Origin: a virus
Lineage: Duplodnaviria; Heunggongvirae; Uroviricota; Caudoviricetes
Length of the DNA: 64,000 nt
Direction: 5' to 3' (one strand)
IMG/VR virus record: IMGVR_UViG_3300035492_000070
Under the pieces are notes generated by a model. The model saw only the letters and a list, made by a program, of their open reading frames with translations, made no database searches and had not been told where the DNA came from. Both the position numbers and the translations under genes were made by a program. Positions 1 through 10,641 of the stretch are shown in pieces (the first letter of the stretch is position 1; each line of letters opens with the position of its first letter).

Positions 1-1
1 T

Positions 2-883
2 GTTGCTGATGCTGGTGCTATTTTTGTAGATGAGACTCATACTGTAAATGGCCCAGTGTTAACTAACTTAATGGAAATGGCAATCAATTGCCCTATTCGT
101 CATGGGTTAACAGGTACACTTGATGGCTTTGAATGTAACGAATTAGCCGCCCAAGGTTTATTAGGACCCGCTGTCAAGATTATTTCAGCCAAAGAAAATA
201 TTGATGCAGGCCGAGCTACCCTTGTTGAAGTCAAATGTATTATTCTGGACTATGACAAAGAAACCAAGAAACGGTATAAAGCAGATCAGGATAACGTACC
301 TAAAACAAGAGCCCAATTAAAATATCAATCTGAAATCAGTTTCATTAATAATCTTAAATCCAGATTTGACTTTATTCAAGGTATGGTTAAAACTCTAAAA
401 GGCAATACCATAGTTCTATTTGATCGTGTCGACGATTACGGTATTCCTTTATACGAAGATATGAAAGCCAAACATGAAAATACCTTTCTGATTGTTGGTG
501 GTGTTGATGGTGAAGAACGCGAAGAAATACGTCTAAACCTAGAAAACTATGACAATGCAGTAGTATATGCTACAAGTCAAATCATGTCAACGGGTGTTAA
601 TATAAAGAACTTACATAACATTATATTGGCATCATCCAGCAAATCTAAAATTCGAATCCTACAAACCATAGGTCGATTGATGCGTTTACATGAGTCTAAA
701 AAGCACGCTACGTTAATTGACTTGGTAGACAAACTAGACTACAATGGTATACCTAACTTCACATTAAAGCACGTTGAAGAACGAATTAATCATTATTCAA
801 AAGAGAAACATCCAGTGAAGTTTTTAACTATTTCATTAAATGAAAAGAATAATACCGAGGATGTGACGTTAGATTCGTTTTAA
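2..883 (+). CDS. SF2 DExH helicase (UvsW-like), C-terminal part; 5' end lies outside window
   Basis: Frame is open from window start; motif II IFVDETH at nt 20-40; motif VI QTIGRLMR; VYATSQIMSTGVNI motif V. Confidence 0.6.
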   Translation, partial: VADAGAIFVDETHTVNGPVLTNLMEMAINCPIRHGLTGTLDGFECNELAAQGLLGPAVKIISAKENIDAGRATLVEVKCIILDYDKETKKRYKADQDNVPKTRAQLKYQSEISFINNLKSRFDFIQGMVKTLKGNTIVLFDRVDDYGIPLYEDMKAKHENTFLIVGGVDGEEREEIRLNLENYDNAVVYATSQIMSTGVNIKNLHNIILASSSKSKIRILQTIGRLMRLHESKKHATLIDLVDKLDYNGIPNFTLKHVEERINHYSKEKHPVKFLTISLNEKNNTEDVTLDSF

Positions 884-1001
884 ACCTCTTTATTTCTAAT
901 TCTAAGCGGTTCTATTAGAACACTAATACGTTGATATATGTTACATGGTAGAATCGCTTAGAATCGCTCACACAAAGCCCAAAATATTTCATTAAAACCT
1001 C

Positions 1002-1030
1002 TTGACATAACAATAATGACACATTATATT
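1002..1030 (+). promoter_or_regulatory. sigma70-like early promoter TTGACA-N17-TATATT inside an 820-nt noncoding region
   Basis: cttgacataacaataatgacacattatatt; flanked by inverted repeats gaatttgtgat / atcacaaactc. Confidence 0.35.
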
Positions 1031-1707
1031 ACATAATACGTTTCAAGAATTTCAAATTTAGTAAATAATCAAAAATCTAAGAAACAGTGAATTTGTGATG
1101 GACGTTTTCTACGCCCCGAACGTCTTAAAATACAAAGGGGTTTTACGTACGACATTTGTGATAATGGATGTAAAAAATCACAAACTCTATCCGTAAGTTT
1201 AAATGATTCAAATTCACAAGATTTTTCAACGCCTCAGTAGACGTAAAACTCGAAGACTGGCGCCGCAGAGCCGAAAATACAAGCTACACATTGCGGATAA
1301 ACGACGGGCTATGGTGATAATATATGATGAAAGTAACAAACAACGTTGTCCACATTCAACGAAGTGATATAATGTGGTGTCAGGGGTTGGTAACCCAGGA
1401 AACAGGAAAGGATAACTTGTTTCTCAACACACGGTCGATAAATTGAAGAATCTGTTTGAAGTGATTCTATTTGATAAGAGTAAAATCTAATCTTATAGTT
1501 TAGGCTCAATACGGAGTTCGGAAAGTGATTTAAAAGTGTTTTAAAACGATGAAAAGTTGGCGAAGCCAGGCCTTTATGTTTTTAAAACAACTCTTTGTGT
1601 ATCACCCCCGTCTTATTGATAATTATGACTTCTTTTTCAAAATAATACTTGACTTCTATACAACCTTCCTTTATACTTACCATACTGTTTCTAAGACCTA
1701 TTTGGAT

Positions 1708-2181
1708 ATGATTATGAAGTTTGAAATTTGGACTGATGGTGGTTTTGTAAGACAACCTGCTTTAGGTGCCTGGGCTTTTATTATTTTAAGTCCTTCTAAT
1801 GATAGAATAGAACGATATGCTTTAGTTGATCATCATAAACAGACTTCACAAGTCGCAGAGATTATGGCTATACTCAAGTCATTTCAATGTATGTTACATG
1901 ATGTATGTAAAGGTGATGAAAAGTTGGCTAGTAAGTTATCATTAGATGTATATTCCGACTCTCAATATTGCGTAAATAGCATAACGAGTTGGATGTATAG
2001 TTGGCAACGTTCTGATTGGCAGGTTGATAAGCATAATTTAGATTTATGGAAACAGGTTTACGACCTGAAACACAAATTCAAATCAGTTAAGATGAATTGG
2101 GTTAAAGGTCATGCAGGCATCGACTTGAATGAACAGGTCGATAAATTGACCAATATCCCATTAAAGGCTTATCGAAAATGA
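1708..2181 (+). CDS. RNase HI-type ribonuclease H
   Basis: EIWTDGG, VAEIMAIL, YSDSQY, NWVKGHAG match E. coli RnhA catalytic motifs; the ORF-track start (1549) adds 53 aa that do not look like protein; ATG at 1708 is in frame just before the domain. Confidence 0.7.
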   Translation: MIMKFEIWTDGGFVRQPALGAWAFIILSPSNDRIERYALVDHHKQTSQVAEIMAILKSFQCMLHDVCKGDEKLASKLSLDVYSDSQYCVNSITSWMYSWQRSDWQVDKHNLDLWKQVYDLKHKFKSVKMNWVKGHAGIDLNEQVDKLTNIPLKAYRK

Positions 2182-2819
2182 GTACCCTAATTGAAAACAT
2201 TACTGATTTAGAAATTGACAATTTAGAATTTGAGTTAGAAGAAGTCGAAGAAGCAATTCTACCAAAACAGAAAACTCAATACGTCAACAACAAAGAACTT
2301 CAAGCTGAATTTGTTGTATACTATGCCAAGAAGCAGCAATGGAAAGCCGAAGGAAAAGAAGGTAACCCTCCTCTAAGCGATAAAATAGGTAAAGCTATTC
2401 TTGACATCGCCCACCGTAGAACCTACTCTAGACAATTCATAGGTTATACAAATGCTTGGAAAGAGGAAATGATTTGTGATGCTATTGAAGTTTGTGTTCG
2501 ATATGCTCATAACTACAACCCTGAAAAATATGACAATCCATTTGCGTATATCACTCAGCTTGTGACTAATGCTTTAATTCAACGTATTAAGAAAGAGAAA
2601 AAGGAAACTTATACTAAATTCAAAGCATTTGAACAAATGGGCGGATTCCAGGCTTATGTTGATGAGAATTTAGATGCTAACGACGTAGAGTTGGCAAATG
2701 AAGCCTCTATGATGTATGCTGGTTATATGGAATACATCGCAGATTATGAAACCAAACAGGAAGCACGCAAATCAAGTGTTGACAAAGAGGACGATGGTCT
2801 GTTAGAATTCTTAGAATAA
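2178..2819 (+). CDS. 55: late-transcription sigma factor gp55 homologue
   Basis: QYVNNKELQAEF...GYTNAWKEEMICDAIE...NPFAYITQLVTNALIQRIKKEKKE aligns with T4 gp55 (KYNYVNNKELL...GYTQSWKQEMIADGIE...[24 protein letters not shown]). Confidence 0.75.
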   Translation: MSTLIENITDLEIDNLEFELEEVEEAILPKQKTQYVNNKELQAEFVVYYAKKQQWKAEGKEGNPPLSDKIGKAILDIAHRRTYSRQFIGYTNAWKEEMICDAIEVCVRYAHNYNPEKYDNPFAYITQLVTNALIQRIKKEKKETYTKFKAFEQMGGFQAYVDENLDANDVELANEASMMYAGYMEYIADYETKQEARKSSVDKEDDGLLEFLE

Positions 2820-2838
2820 TCAATCTAAGGATATCAAT

Positions 2839-3330
2839 ATGAATGTATGGTTTACAAGTGATTGGCATATAGGTCATCGAAACATTTTAAAGTATCGACC
2901 TGAATTTAGTAGTATTGAAGAACACGACAATACTCTTATTAATAACTTCAATGCTACTGTTGGTAAGAAAGATATTACCTACTTCTTAGGTGACATGGTT
3001 TTTACTGTTGAAGGGTTAGAGGCCATAAAGAAGCTGAAAGGGTATAAGATTCTCATTCTCGGTAATCACGACCTTTTAACTGCTAAAGAATACCTTACTG
3101 TTTTTGATGATATCAAAGGCCCTATAAAGTATAAGGGTTTATGGTTAACACATCATCCTATGCACCAACAAGAACTCTACGGTAAACCTAATGTTCATGG
3201 TCATACACATAATCAAAGTATTTTAGACGATAATATGAATCCTGATCCTAGGTACTTTCCTGTTTGTCCAGAGCATCATGTTTACAAACCCGTGAGTCTA
3301 AATTTCATTAAGGAATTTTATCAACTATGA
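2839..3330 (+). CDS. calcineurin-like metallophosphoesterase
   Basis: SDWHIGH, GDMVF, GNHD, HTH motifs. Confidence 0.55.
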   Translation: MNVWFTSDWHIGHRNILKYRPEFSSIEEHDNTLINNFNATVGKKDITYFLGDMVFTVEGLEAIKKLKGYKILILGNHDLLTAKEYLTVFDDIKGPIKYKGLWLTHHPMHQQELYGKPNVHGHTHNQSILDDNMNPDPRYFPVCPEHHVYKPVSLNFIKEFYQL

Positions 3331-4406
3331 TAGCTATTATCACCGATACCCATTGCGGAGCGAGATCAAGCTCTTCCATATTCCGTGAGTATATGCGTTT
3401 TTGGTATGACACTGTATTCTTCCCTGCATTAAAAGAAAAGAAATGCAGAACAGTTCTACACTTAGGCGACTTTTTCGATAACCGTAATGCAATCTCATTA
3501 CAGGATATTGACTTTGTTGTTAACTTCTTCGCTAAGAAACTGATTGAGTACGATATTCACTTTGTTGTTACCTTAGGTAACCATGATGTAGCGTTTAAGA
3601 ATACAAATAAAATTCATTCTCTTTCCATTTTACAGGCGGCTGCGCCTAAGAACGTTACCGTAATAGAGAAGGCAAAATTAACCGAATACGAAACCGTACC
3701 GTTTCTTCTTGTGCCATGGATCAATTCTGAGAACTATGATGAGACAATGCTGTTAATTGACAGTGTACAGGATAAAGAAAACGTTATCGTGGCCGGTCAT
3801 TTCGAGTTAAAGAATTTCAAGCACTATGCAAATTCAAGTCCTGCTGAACATGGTTTAGATGCGTCAATATTCAAAGACTTTAAAGAATTGTGGTCAGGGC
3901 ACTTTCATCATAAATCCAAAATTGGTAATGCGCGTTATATGGGCTCAGCATTCCACTTGAACTGGCAAGATTACAATGACGATAGAGGTTTCCATTTCTA
4001 TGATGGCGTTAACTTAACATTCGTGCCCAATGAACATTGTCTGTTTGTTCATGTACCATTCGACGAAGAAACGTTTAAAAAACTAAGTGACGATGAATAC
4101 AAAGAAATGTTCGAAGGTATGTTCGTTCGTGTTACAGTTAAAGGTGACTATAATAAAGTTTCTTTAATGGATACGATTACAAAAATCAATAGAGCCAAAC
4201 CTCACGATTTACAAATAATCAACGAGGCAATGATTAATGATGGTGATGTAACAAATGATGAAGTTGAAGAGCGTACCGCCAAAACGACATTGGAATACAT
4301 CGAAGGTTATATTGAGCAACGCTCGGAATTAAACACAACTGAGTTGAAAACGTTGGTGATGGAACTGTATAATGAATCAATTCAGCAAATGACAAAGGGT
4401 GAATAA
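3327..4406 (+). CDS. 47: Mre11/SbcD-like recombination nuclease gp47
   Basis: ITDTHCG, LGDFFD, GNHD, GHFH phosphoesterase motifs; directly upstream of Rad50-like gene as in T4. Confidence 0.8.
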   Translation: MIAIITDTHCGARSSSSIFREYMRFWYDTVFFPALKEKKCRTVLHLGDFFDNRNAISLQDIDFVVNFFAKKLIEYDIHFVVTLGNHDVAFKNTNKIHSLSILQAAAPKNVTVIEKAKLTEYETVPFLLVPWINSENYDETMLLIDSVQDKENVIVAGHFELKNFKHYANSSPAEHGLDASIFKDFKELWSGHFHHKSKIGNARYMGSAFHLNWQDYNDDRGFHFYDGVNLTFVPNEHCLFVHVPFDEETFKKLSDDEYKEMFEGMFVRVTVKGDYNKVSLMDTITKINRAKPHDLQIINEAMINDGDVTNDEVEERTAKTTLEYIEGYIEQRSELNTTELKTLVMELYNESIQQMTKGE

Positions 4407-4408
4407 TA

Positions 4409-6112
4409 ATGATAGAGTTTGAATACGTAACCTATAAGAATTTTCAGTCTGCTGGTAATACACCGATACGAATAGACTTAAACCGTTCACCATCAACAAT
4501 GATTTCAGGTGCTAACGGTTCAGGTAAGTCCAATGTACTCGAAAGCATTAGTTTTGCCTTGTTTGGTAAACCTCTTAAAAAGGTTAACCTTGGCGGACTC
4601 ATTAATACAATCAATAAGAAAAACCTGTTAGTTGAAATTGCATTTAAGAAGCAGGGTAAGAGTTATAAAATTCGTCGAGGACAGAAACCTAGCATATTAG
4701 AGTTTTATATTGATGATGAACTACAGGATCAAAGTGCTAACTCAAGAGACTACCAAGCCAAGATAGAATACGTTCTTGGTATGGACTATAAACTATTCAC
4801 TCAAATTGTTGTGTTGAATAAAGAGAAGTATGTTCCGTTTATGGAACTAGGTGCCGCTGACCGACGTAAAATTGTTGAAGACATTCTTGACATATCAGTA
4901 TTCTCTTATATGTCAGACAACCTTAAAACCCGTTTGTCTAGTCTTAATAACACTATCGAGGACTTGAAGTACGAACGCGGTAAAATCGAAACAAAGATTG
5001 TAGGACAACGTCGTTTAATTGCAGAAGCAAGCTCTAACGTCGATTCTCAAGTAGCCAATATCAGTGCTAGTATCAAGGTACTACTCAACAATAAGAATGC
5101 ATTAGAAAGCGATCTAGAAGGTTTAACTGATGTATTAAGAGCTGTTAGCAATGTAGAAACTGAATTAACCGATACAGAAAAACGTAAACGTGAATTTGAG
5201 TCTATTGCAACTAAATTTAGCGTTAATGTTGAAAACCTGAAAAAGACATTGTCGTTCTTTGAAGATAATGACAACTGCCCTACCTGCGGACAGGAAATCG
5301 CCGAGGATACGAAAAACACTAAGCGACATGAGTGTACATCTAAAATCGACGAGATTTCAAGTCACTCCTCGAAACTGGCTGTTAGTTACGGTGAAGTTAT
5401 AGCTAAAGTGAATGACTTAAAAACTAAGGTTCGTGACATTCAACAAAAAGAAGCCGAGGTTGGATCTTTACAAAATCAACTTAGAAACATTGACCGAGAA
5501 ATTCAAAACAAAAATAATGAGTTATCCAAACTCAACCAAGAGTCTAAGGTTCATCAATATGAGGAAGAATTAGACTATTTAGAAAACGAATTAGTCGATA
5601 AAACCGATGAATTGAACGGTTTAATGAAGTCGAAAGATGTTTACGAATTGGCCCGTTCTATTCTTAAGGATGATGGTATCAAGGCATCTATTGTTCGCGA
5701 CTATATTGAGTTCATCAATAATAGAGTAAATGAATATCTAGCTACTATGGAATTCTATATCAATATACAGTTGGATGAAAACTTCAACGACTCCATTAAA
5801 GCCGTGAACAGGGAAGGCTTCGTGTATGACAACTTGAGTACAGGTCAAAAGACCCGTGTATCAATGGCAGTGTACTTAGCTCTACTTGAGGTGGCATCTC
5901 TTAAGAACTCGGTTGTTACAAATTTGTTAATACTTGATGAAATCTTCGAGCCACTCGACCCGTTAGGTGTTCAACTGGTTATGAAGCTGTTAAAGGAAAA
6001 GTTTGCACATAAAAATATTTTCGTAATCACTCAGCGTTCGGAAGAATTTGCCGATATGTTTAGGAACGAAATTAAGTTCCGCCTTGTTGATGGGTTCACC
6101 GAAAAAGTATAA
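4409..6112 (+). CDS. 46: Rad50/SbcC-like ATPase gp46
   Basis: Walker A GANGSGKSN; coiled coil with CPTCGQ zinc hook; signature LSTGQK; Walker B LLILDEIFEPLD. Confidence 0.85.
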   Translation: MIEFEYVTYKNFQSAGNTPIRIDLNRSPSTMISGANGSGKSNVLESISFALFGKPLKKVNLGGLINTINKKNLLVEIAFKKQGKSYKIRRGQKPSILEFYIDDELQDQSANSRDYQAKIEYVLGMDYKLFTQIVVLNKEKYVPFMELGAADRRKIVEDILDISVFSYMSDNLKTRLSSLNNTIEDLKYERGKIETKIVGQRRLIAEASSNVDSQVANISASIKVLLNNKNALESDLEGLTDVLRAVSNVETELTDTEKRKREFESIATKFSVNVENLKKTLSFFEDNDNCPTCGQEIAEDTKNTKRHECTSKIDEISSHSSKLAVSYGEVIAKVNDLKTKVRDIQQKEAEVGSLQNQLRNIDREIQNKNNELSKLNQESKVHQYEEELDYLENELVDKTDELNGLMKSKDVYELARSILKDDGIKASIVRDYIEFINNRVNEYLATMEFYINIQLDENFNDSIKAVNREGFVYDNLSTGQKTRVSMAVYLALLEVASLKNSVVTNLLILDEIFEPLDPLGVQLVMKLLKEKFAHKNIFVITQRSEEFADMFRNEIKFRLVDGFTEKV

Positions 6113-6159
6113 CCTACTAAATAGTCCTAGTATCCTTCAATAAGAACTAGGACTTTTCC

Positions 6160-8901
6160 ATGACCGAATTAGAACAATTAAATGAGATGTTTGATCTCAA
6201 AACTGCTAAAGGGTATGAGTTTACCGAGTTACCTAAAGAGAAATGGGTAGGATGGGTAAATTTAACCTACGAAGCAACCTTTACCATTGATAACGGCAAG
6301 GAGTTTTCATTTCGAGTTCAACGTGCCAAAGAATATGGTAACTATGCTCGTCGAATTTTCTTAACATATAAAGCGGCAAACAAAACCAAGGCTTCTCAAA
6401 AGTTAGTGATTGATAAAGGCACTTTCAAGAAAGTTCTTGTAACCTTTATGCGTATTTACGACTCTTATAAGATGTCAGAAGATGGTATGAAGAGCGCAGG
6501 ATACGCATTAGTAATGCAACCGGGTTTCTCTCAGTACCTGCCTTTATTACATCGTGCATTACAAAGAGCTTTCAAAAATCAACCTAAGAAAAAGTTGAGT
6601 CTTGTAGGTGTAAACGAGGAAGCTAGTGGCAAGTCAATTGAAGTTTTTTATGAAGTCAAAGCAAGTCCATTCCCTGCATTCAACGGTAAAAAGTTTTCTT
6701 ACATTGACTACATTAGTAACGAAACCTATAAGCAGTTGGCTAATATTAAGGCCGAGGACCCGTCACCTGCCGCGGTTATCAATAGTGAAGAAGATGTGAA
6801 TGACATTGAATATGAGGTTGAAGAAGGAAAGCCTGATCCCGATGCAAGTTTTGCTGGCTATTACCAAATTAAAGATTCATCGTATCTCATAGGTCTTACC
6901 GGTGCGTCTAGCTTTTCCATTCTTTATGTTAAAAAATCATTGAAGTCATATTCAAAAGCGTTTAGTGATACAGTGTTTACTGTCGCTGAAGGAGATGCTA
7001 CAATTTATACGCCTGATGGTGAAGTTAAAAACAACTTTAGTTTTACCGTTTATCTTGGTGATATGGAATATGCGATAACATCTATGAGTTCTACCACTGC
7101 TAATTATTGGATTAACGACTATAAAGAAAAGAAAGCCAAACAAGAAACAACGGACTTAGCGGATAAGTTCAAAGCCGCTCCCAAGTATACCATTGACGAT
7201 CTTGAAGGCGTATTTGGATTTTTTGAAGTTCTTAACGGTGACTTAATTGTTCCTATGATTCCCGATAAGAGTGTTATTCGAATATATGGTTCTAATATTA
7301 AAATTATCGGTGACTATTTCGAATCAACCAAAACTAAAATTTATGATTCAATGGACGGCGAAGAGCGTTACGAAGATATATCATTTTTAATTAGTCACTA
7401 TAAAGATGGGGCCGTGTTGAAAAAAATTGATAGTGTTGATGCAAAACACTTGATAGATGCTTTCACTAAAGAAGAACCTATTGCCCCTGAAGATTCATAT
7501 GTTGAAATTCAAACTGAAGAGCCGTTTGACTTGACAAAACAAAAAGGCAAGTTTGTTAGAATGACCGCTGACTCAGGCTCAAGTAAATTGAAAGCAAGTG
7601 AAGTTGCTAAGATTGTTGACTACGGTATGAATGGTGATGACTTTGATACTGCCCTTGCTGTTTACGGTTTACCATCATCAACAAAAATCGACGAACCATT
7701 CTTAGTAGTTCAACCGGTAAAACATATTGAAAAGCACGTTCTGTTGAAATTAAGTGACAATGGTTCTACGTATAACATTCTTGATACATACGACGCAGAA
7801 AGCGATAGTGAAGTTTCAAGCAAAGCAAAAAATACTGGAGTGAACGCTTCAAACAAACCTGTGAAAAATGATAGTCCTGTTGTTGAATTATCCAAAACAC
7901 AAGAACAGCTACTTCGTGAATATGGAATGGAACCATTTAAGTTTGGCCCTATATCAATAGACTTAGCCGGTTTAAGTATTGTTGATCTTACAGATAAAAT
8001 CAAAGAGATACAGTCATATTTTCCTTCACTGGATACTGAAACTCTTAAGACTATGGTAACAAAAAATTACGAGCGCGTTGTAAATCTTAGCGAAAATATC
8101 GGCAATAGTATGCATCATATTATCATGCAACACGACTTAGAATTTAAAGGTGGCACTAAAGGTACTTCATCTATTAAAGCCTATTCCGGCAATGCGTACA
8201 ATAACATTAATAAGTATCTCCGTTTCGGCGAAGATCTAATCAACGGTGTATCCGGTTATGCTTTAGAGGATACCAAGAAGCATATTGAGGCACTTGATAA
8301 AGTTTTTGAAAAGCACGGTAAGAAATTCCCGGCAGACTTAAAGGTTTATCGTGGCGCATCTATGACGGCAGAAGAAATACAAATATTGGATGACGGTGGT
8401 TATTACGAGATGACCTCATACAGTTCAACTTCATTAAGACCTGAAGTGGCTCATAATTTTGCTAAGGTTGGATCTTACTCATTCGTTAAAGGTGCAACCG
8501 GCGATCAAGATGATATTTCTGTTGATACTCGTCAAGGCAATAAAGTCTTTATGGAAATTAGTGATCTTGATAAGTGCCTGTGCTTATACATTAATGAGGT
8601 TTCTGAATATAAGAATGAACGTGAAATGTTGATTAACCGGGGTACGATAGTTCAAGCTAAAGACAAATTGATTAAAGTGATGAACATCAAACAAGCAGGT
8701 GACATTAAGGGTGGTGTATGGGTAGGTCGTTTTAGAGTTGTTGAGGCTCTTAACGAAATGGCAATGCCAGTATACATGAAAGACTTCTTCAAGCTGTTGA
8801 GAGAACAATTAGAACCGTACGAAGACGCTTTGATGAACCTGGCAATTTTACAAATTGGTTTGATTGGTTTGGCAGAAGAGAACGGTTTTAACATAGAGTA
8901 A
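6160..8901 (+). CDS. Alt-like mono-ADP-ribosyltransferase (913 aa; R-S-EXE catalytic domain at C-terminus)
   Basis: KVYRG (Arg motif), TSYSSTSL (STS motif), NEREMLI (E-x-E motif) with typical spacing; large N-terminal region as in T4 Alt. Confidence 0.65.
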   Translation: MTELEQLNEMFDLKTAKGYEFTELPKEKWVGWVNLTYEATFTIDNGKEFSFRVQRAKEYGNYARRIFLTYKAANKTKASQKLVIDKGTFKKVLVTFMRIYDSYKMSEDGMKSAGYALVMQPGFSQYLPLLHRALQRAFKNQPKKKLSLVGVNEEASGKSIEVFYEVKASPFPAFNGKKFSYIDYISNETYKQLANIKAEDPSPAAVINSEEDVNDIEYEVEEGKPDPDASFAGYYQIKDSSYLIGLTGASSFSILYVKKSLKSYSKAFSDTVFTVAEGDATIYTPDGEVKNNFSFTVYLGDMEYAITSMSSTTANYWINDYKEKKAKQETTDLADKFKAAPKYTIDDLEGVFGFFEVLNGDLIVPMIPDKSVIRIYGSNIKIIGDYFESTKTKIYDSMDGEERYEDISFLISHYKDGAVLKKIDSVDAKHLIDAFTKEEPIAPEDSYVEIQTEEPFDLTKQKGKFVRMTADSGSSKLKASEVAKIVDYGMNGDDFDTALAVYGLPSSTKIDEPFLVVQPVKHIEKHVLLKLSDNGSTYNILDTYDAESDSEVSSKAKNTGVNASNKPVKNDSPVVELSKTQEQLLREYGMEPFKFGPISIDLAGLSIVDLTDKIKEIQSYFPSLDTETLKTMVTKNYERVVNLSENIGNSMHHIIMQHDLEFKGGTKGTSSIKAYSGNAYNNINKYLRFGEDLINGVSGYALEDTKKHIEALDKVFEKHGKKFPADLKVYRGASMTAEEIQILDDGGYYEMTSYSSTSLRPEVAHNFAKVGSYSFVKGATGDQDDISVDTRQGNKVFMEISDLDKCLCLYINEVSEYKNEREMLINRGTIVQAKDKLIKVMNIKQAGDIKGGVWVGRFRVVEALNEMAMPVYMKDFFKLLREQLEPYEDALMNLAILQIGLIGLAEENGFNIE

Positions 8902-8917
8902 AATTTACAAAACTTCG

Positions 8918-8950
8918 AAAAAGGGCTTGACATACAGGCCCTTTTCTTTT
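8918..8950 (+). terminator. rho-independent terminator
   Basis: aaaagggc...gccctttt hairpin followed by cttttctttt. Confidence 0.6.
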
Positions 8951-8993
8951 ATCATAATGAAAATTAGTTATGATTGTACCTTAGGAGGTATAT

Positions 8994-9212
8994 ATGAGTG
9001 AAGTAGCAAATATCTTTGTAAATGAAATTCGGAATGGTTTAAGTCAGTATAACGTTAATTTAGATTCCAGAGCGGCAATCGAATTCTTTATACGTCATGA
9101 ATATCAAGTGGCAGTGGATGAAAATATGTATGATGAGTTTATGCTCTACTTTCCGCACTACCATCTGTATAAAGATTATGAATCTGAGATTGTCGAGGCT
9201 CTACTAGCATGA
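8994..9212 (+). CDS. hypothetical protein (72 aa)
   Basis: ORF with SD taggagg 8 nt upstream. Confidence 0.35.
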   Translation: MSEVANIFVNEIRNGLSQYNVNLDSRAAIEFFIRHEYQVAVDENMYDEFMLYFPHYHLYKDYESEIVEALLA

Positions 9213-9943
9213 GGTTAGATGTTCATTCCGATATGCACTTAGAGCTTCAGGATTTCCCTGCATATTTCCTTTTTAATCAAGACTTTGATGTTTTGATTCT
9301 AGCAGGTGACATTGCAGATTATGAGAATTTACCTTGGGCACTAGAGCGTATGCGGGATTTCTGTCCTAACAAGCCAATTCTTTATGTACCTGGTAACCAT
9401 GACTATTATGGTAATGACATTGGTAATATTCAGTTCTATGAGCGAGTGTGTTCCGAATTTGATATTTTCTTAATGGAAAAGAATGAAACAACCATTAATG
9501 GTCAACATTTTGTTGGTTGTACATTATGGTCTAACCTAAGCTCTGTGAATGGGTTTTACGATCAATACGTAGGAAATCAAGTCAAGTCCCGCATTGCCGA
9601 TTTCTACCATATTAAGAACTTTACACTAGATTCAATTTTAGCAAAAGCTCGTGACCATTACCTGTTTTTACAAGAAAAGATTACACCCGAATCTGTCGTT
9701 ATTACACACTTCAGCCCTTTACTGTGTCTTGACAATGAAAGGTTTCCTACAAACGATCTTACGAATTATTTCTGTAACAACTACATGAATCTTTTTGATC
9801 TTAACCCTAAGGCATGGATCTACGGACATACGCACGGTAATAGAAAAGGTAAGTTTGGTAACACAGAAGTAATCACCAATCAACGTGGTTATTTTCGAGA
9901 GTGTGCTGGTGTGTATGACCCTAACTTCATTATAGAGATTTAA
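9209..9943 (+). CDS. metallophosphoesterase
   Basis: DMHLE, AGDIADYEN, GNHDYYG, GHTHG motifs. Confidence 0.6.
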   Translation: MRLDVHSDMHLELQDFPAYFLFNQDFDVLILAGDIADYENLPWALERMRDFCPNKPILYVPGNHDYYGNDIGNIQFYERVCSEFDIFLMEKNETTINGQHFVGCTLWSNLSSVNGFYDQYVGNQVKSRIADFYHIKNFTLDSILAKARDHYLFLQEKITPESVVITHFSPLLCLDNERFPTNDLTNYFCNNYMNLFDLNPKAWIYGHTHGNRKGKFGNTEVITNQRGYFRECAGVYDPNFIIEI

Positions 9944-9944
9944 C

Positions 9945-10586
9945 ATGGCAATTCTTTTTGACTTTGAAACATTGGATAACAAACCAACCGCAATCGTTCT
10001 AGATTTAGCGGTTGTTCATTTCGATGAAAACAAAATTGACAATTTCCAACAACTCGTAAACGACTCTAACAGAATTTTTTATCGTAAATTTGACACCGAT
10101 CAAAAAGGTAGAACCGCAGGTCATTCAACACTTGATTGGTGGAAACAACAAGAAGCAGAAGTAAGAAAAATTCTTAAACCTACACCTAATGATGTCTCAT
10201 TAGAACAGGGTATGCTTGAATTTAAAAGTTGGCTTGAAATGAAACGGCATTCGTTAAAGTGGGATAATGCTTACGTACGAGGACAATCTTTTGACTTTCC
10301 TTTAATGGCTGATATTACAGATAGACTTTTTGATACCTGGGGTTTAGGTTATTCCCTGTTTCCCTGTTCTTTTTGGAATCAGTTTGATGTTAGAACTGCA
10401 TTAAAGTTTGCTTTACATGATATTAAGTTGAAAAAAGTACCAGTAGCCAAAGGAACATTCAACGGGTTCATAAAACACAACGCAATTCATGACTGTGCTA
10501 AGGATGCAATCCTAATACAAACGGTTTTAGGTTATGCTAAAGGCACTGTACCTATTCCTGATTTAAATGATTGTGACTGGATTTAA
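9945..10586 (+). CDS. dexA: exonuclease A (DexA, DEDD 3'-5' exonuclease)
   Basis: FDFETLDNKPTAIVLDLAVVHFD, RGQSFDFPLMADI, HNAIHDCAKDAIL align with T4 DexA. Confidence 0.75.
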   Translation: MAILFDFETLDNKPTAIVLDLAVVHFDENKIDNFQQLVNDSNRIFYRKFDTDQKGRTAGHSTLDWWKQQEAEVRKILKPTPNDVSLEQGMLEFKSWLEMKRHSLKWDNAYVRGQSFDFPLMADITDRLFDTWGLGYSLFPCSFWNQFDVRTALKFALHDIKLKKVPVAKGTFNGFIKHNAIHDCAKDAILIQTVLGYAKGTVPIPDLNDCDWI

Positions 10587-10641
10587 GGTGGTTCAATTCA
10601 ATAAATAGTTCTGAGTTTATTAACTAACAAAGGCTATTTCT

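Noticed and set aside
1549-1707. N-terminal 53 aa of the ORF-track RNase H ORF
   Set aside because: It is unlike the rest of the protein and precedes the conserved RNase HI start. An in-frame ATG at 1708 lies directly before the EIWTDGG motif.
5047-8933. Minus-strand ORFs embedded in + strand genes (5047..5319, 6952..7143, 7710..8003, 8584..8808, 8652..8933; similar ones at 13271, 13909, 17980, 25724, 26174, 26833, 27508, 28211, 28971, 41592, 58889, 59380, 60187, 60348, 61287, 62154, 63154, 63333)
   Set aside because: They are shadow ORFs opposite strongly supported coding regions. They lack RBSs and have biased low-complexity composition.
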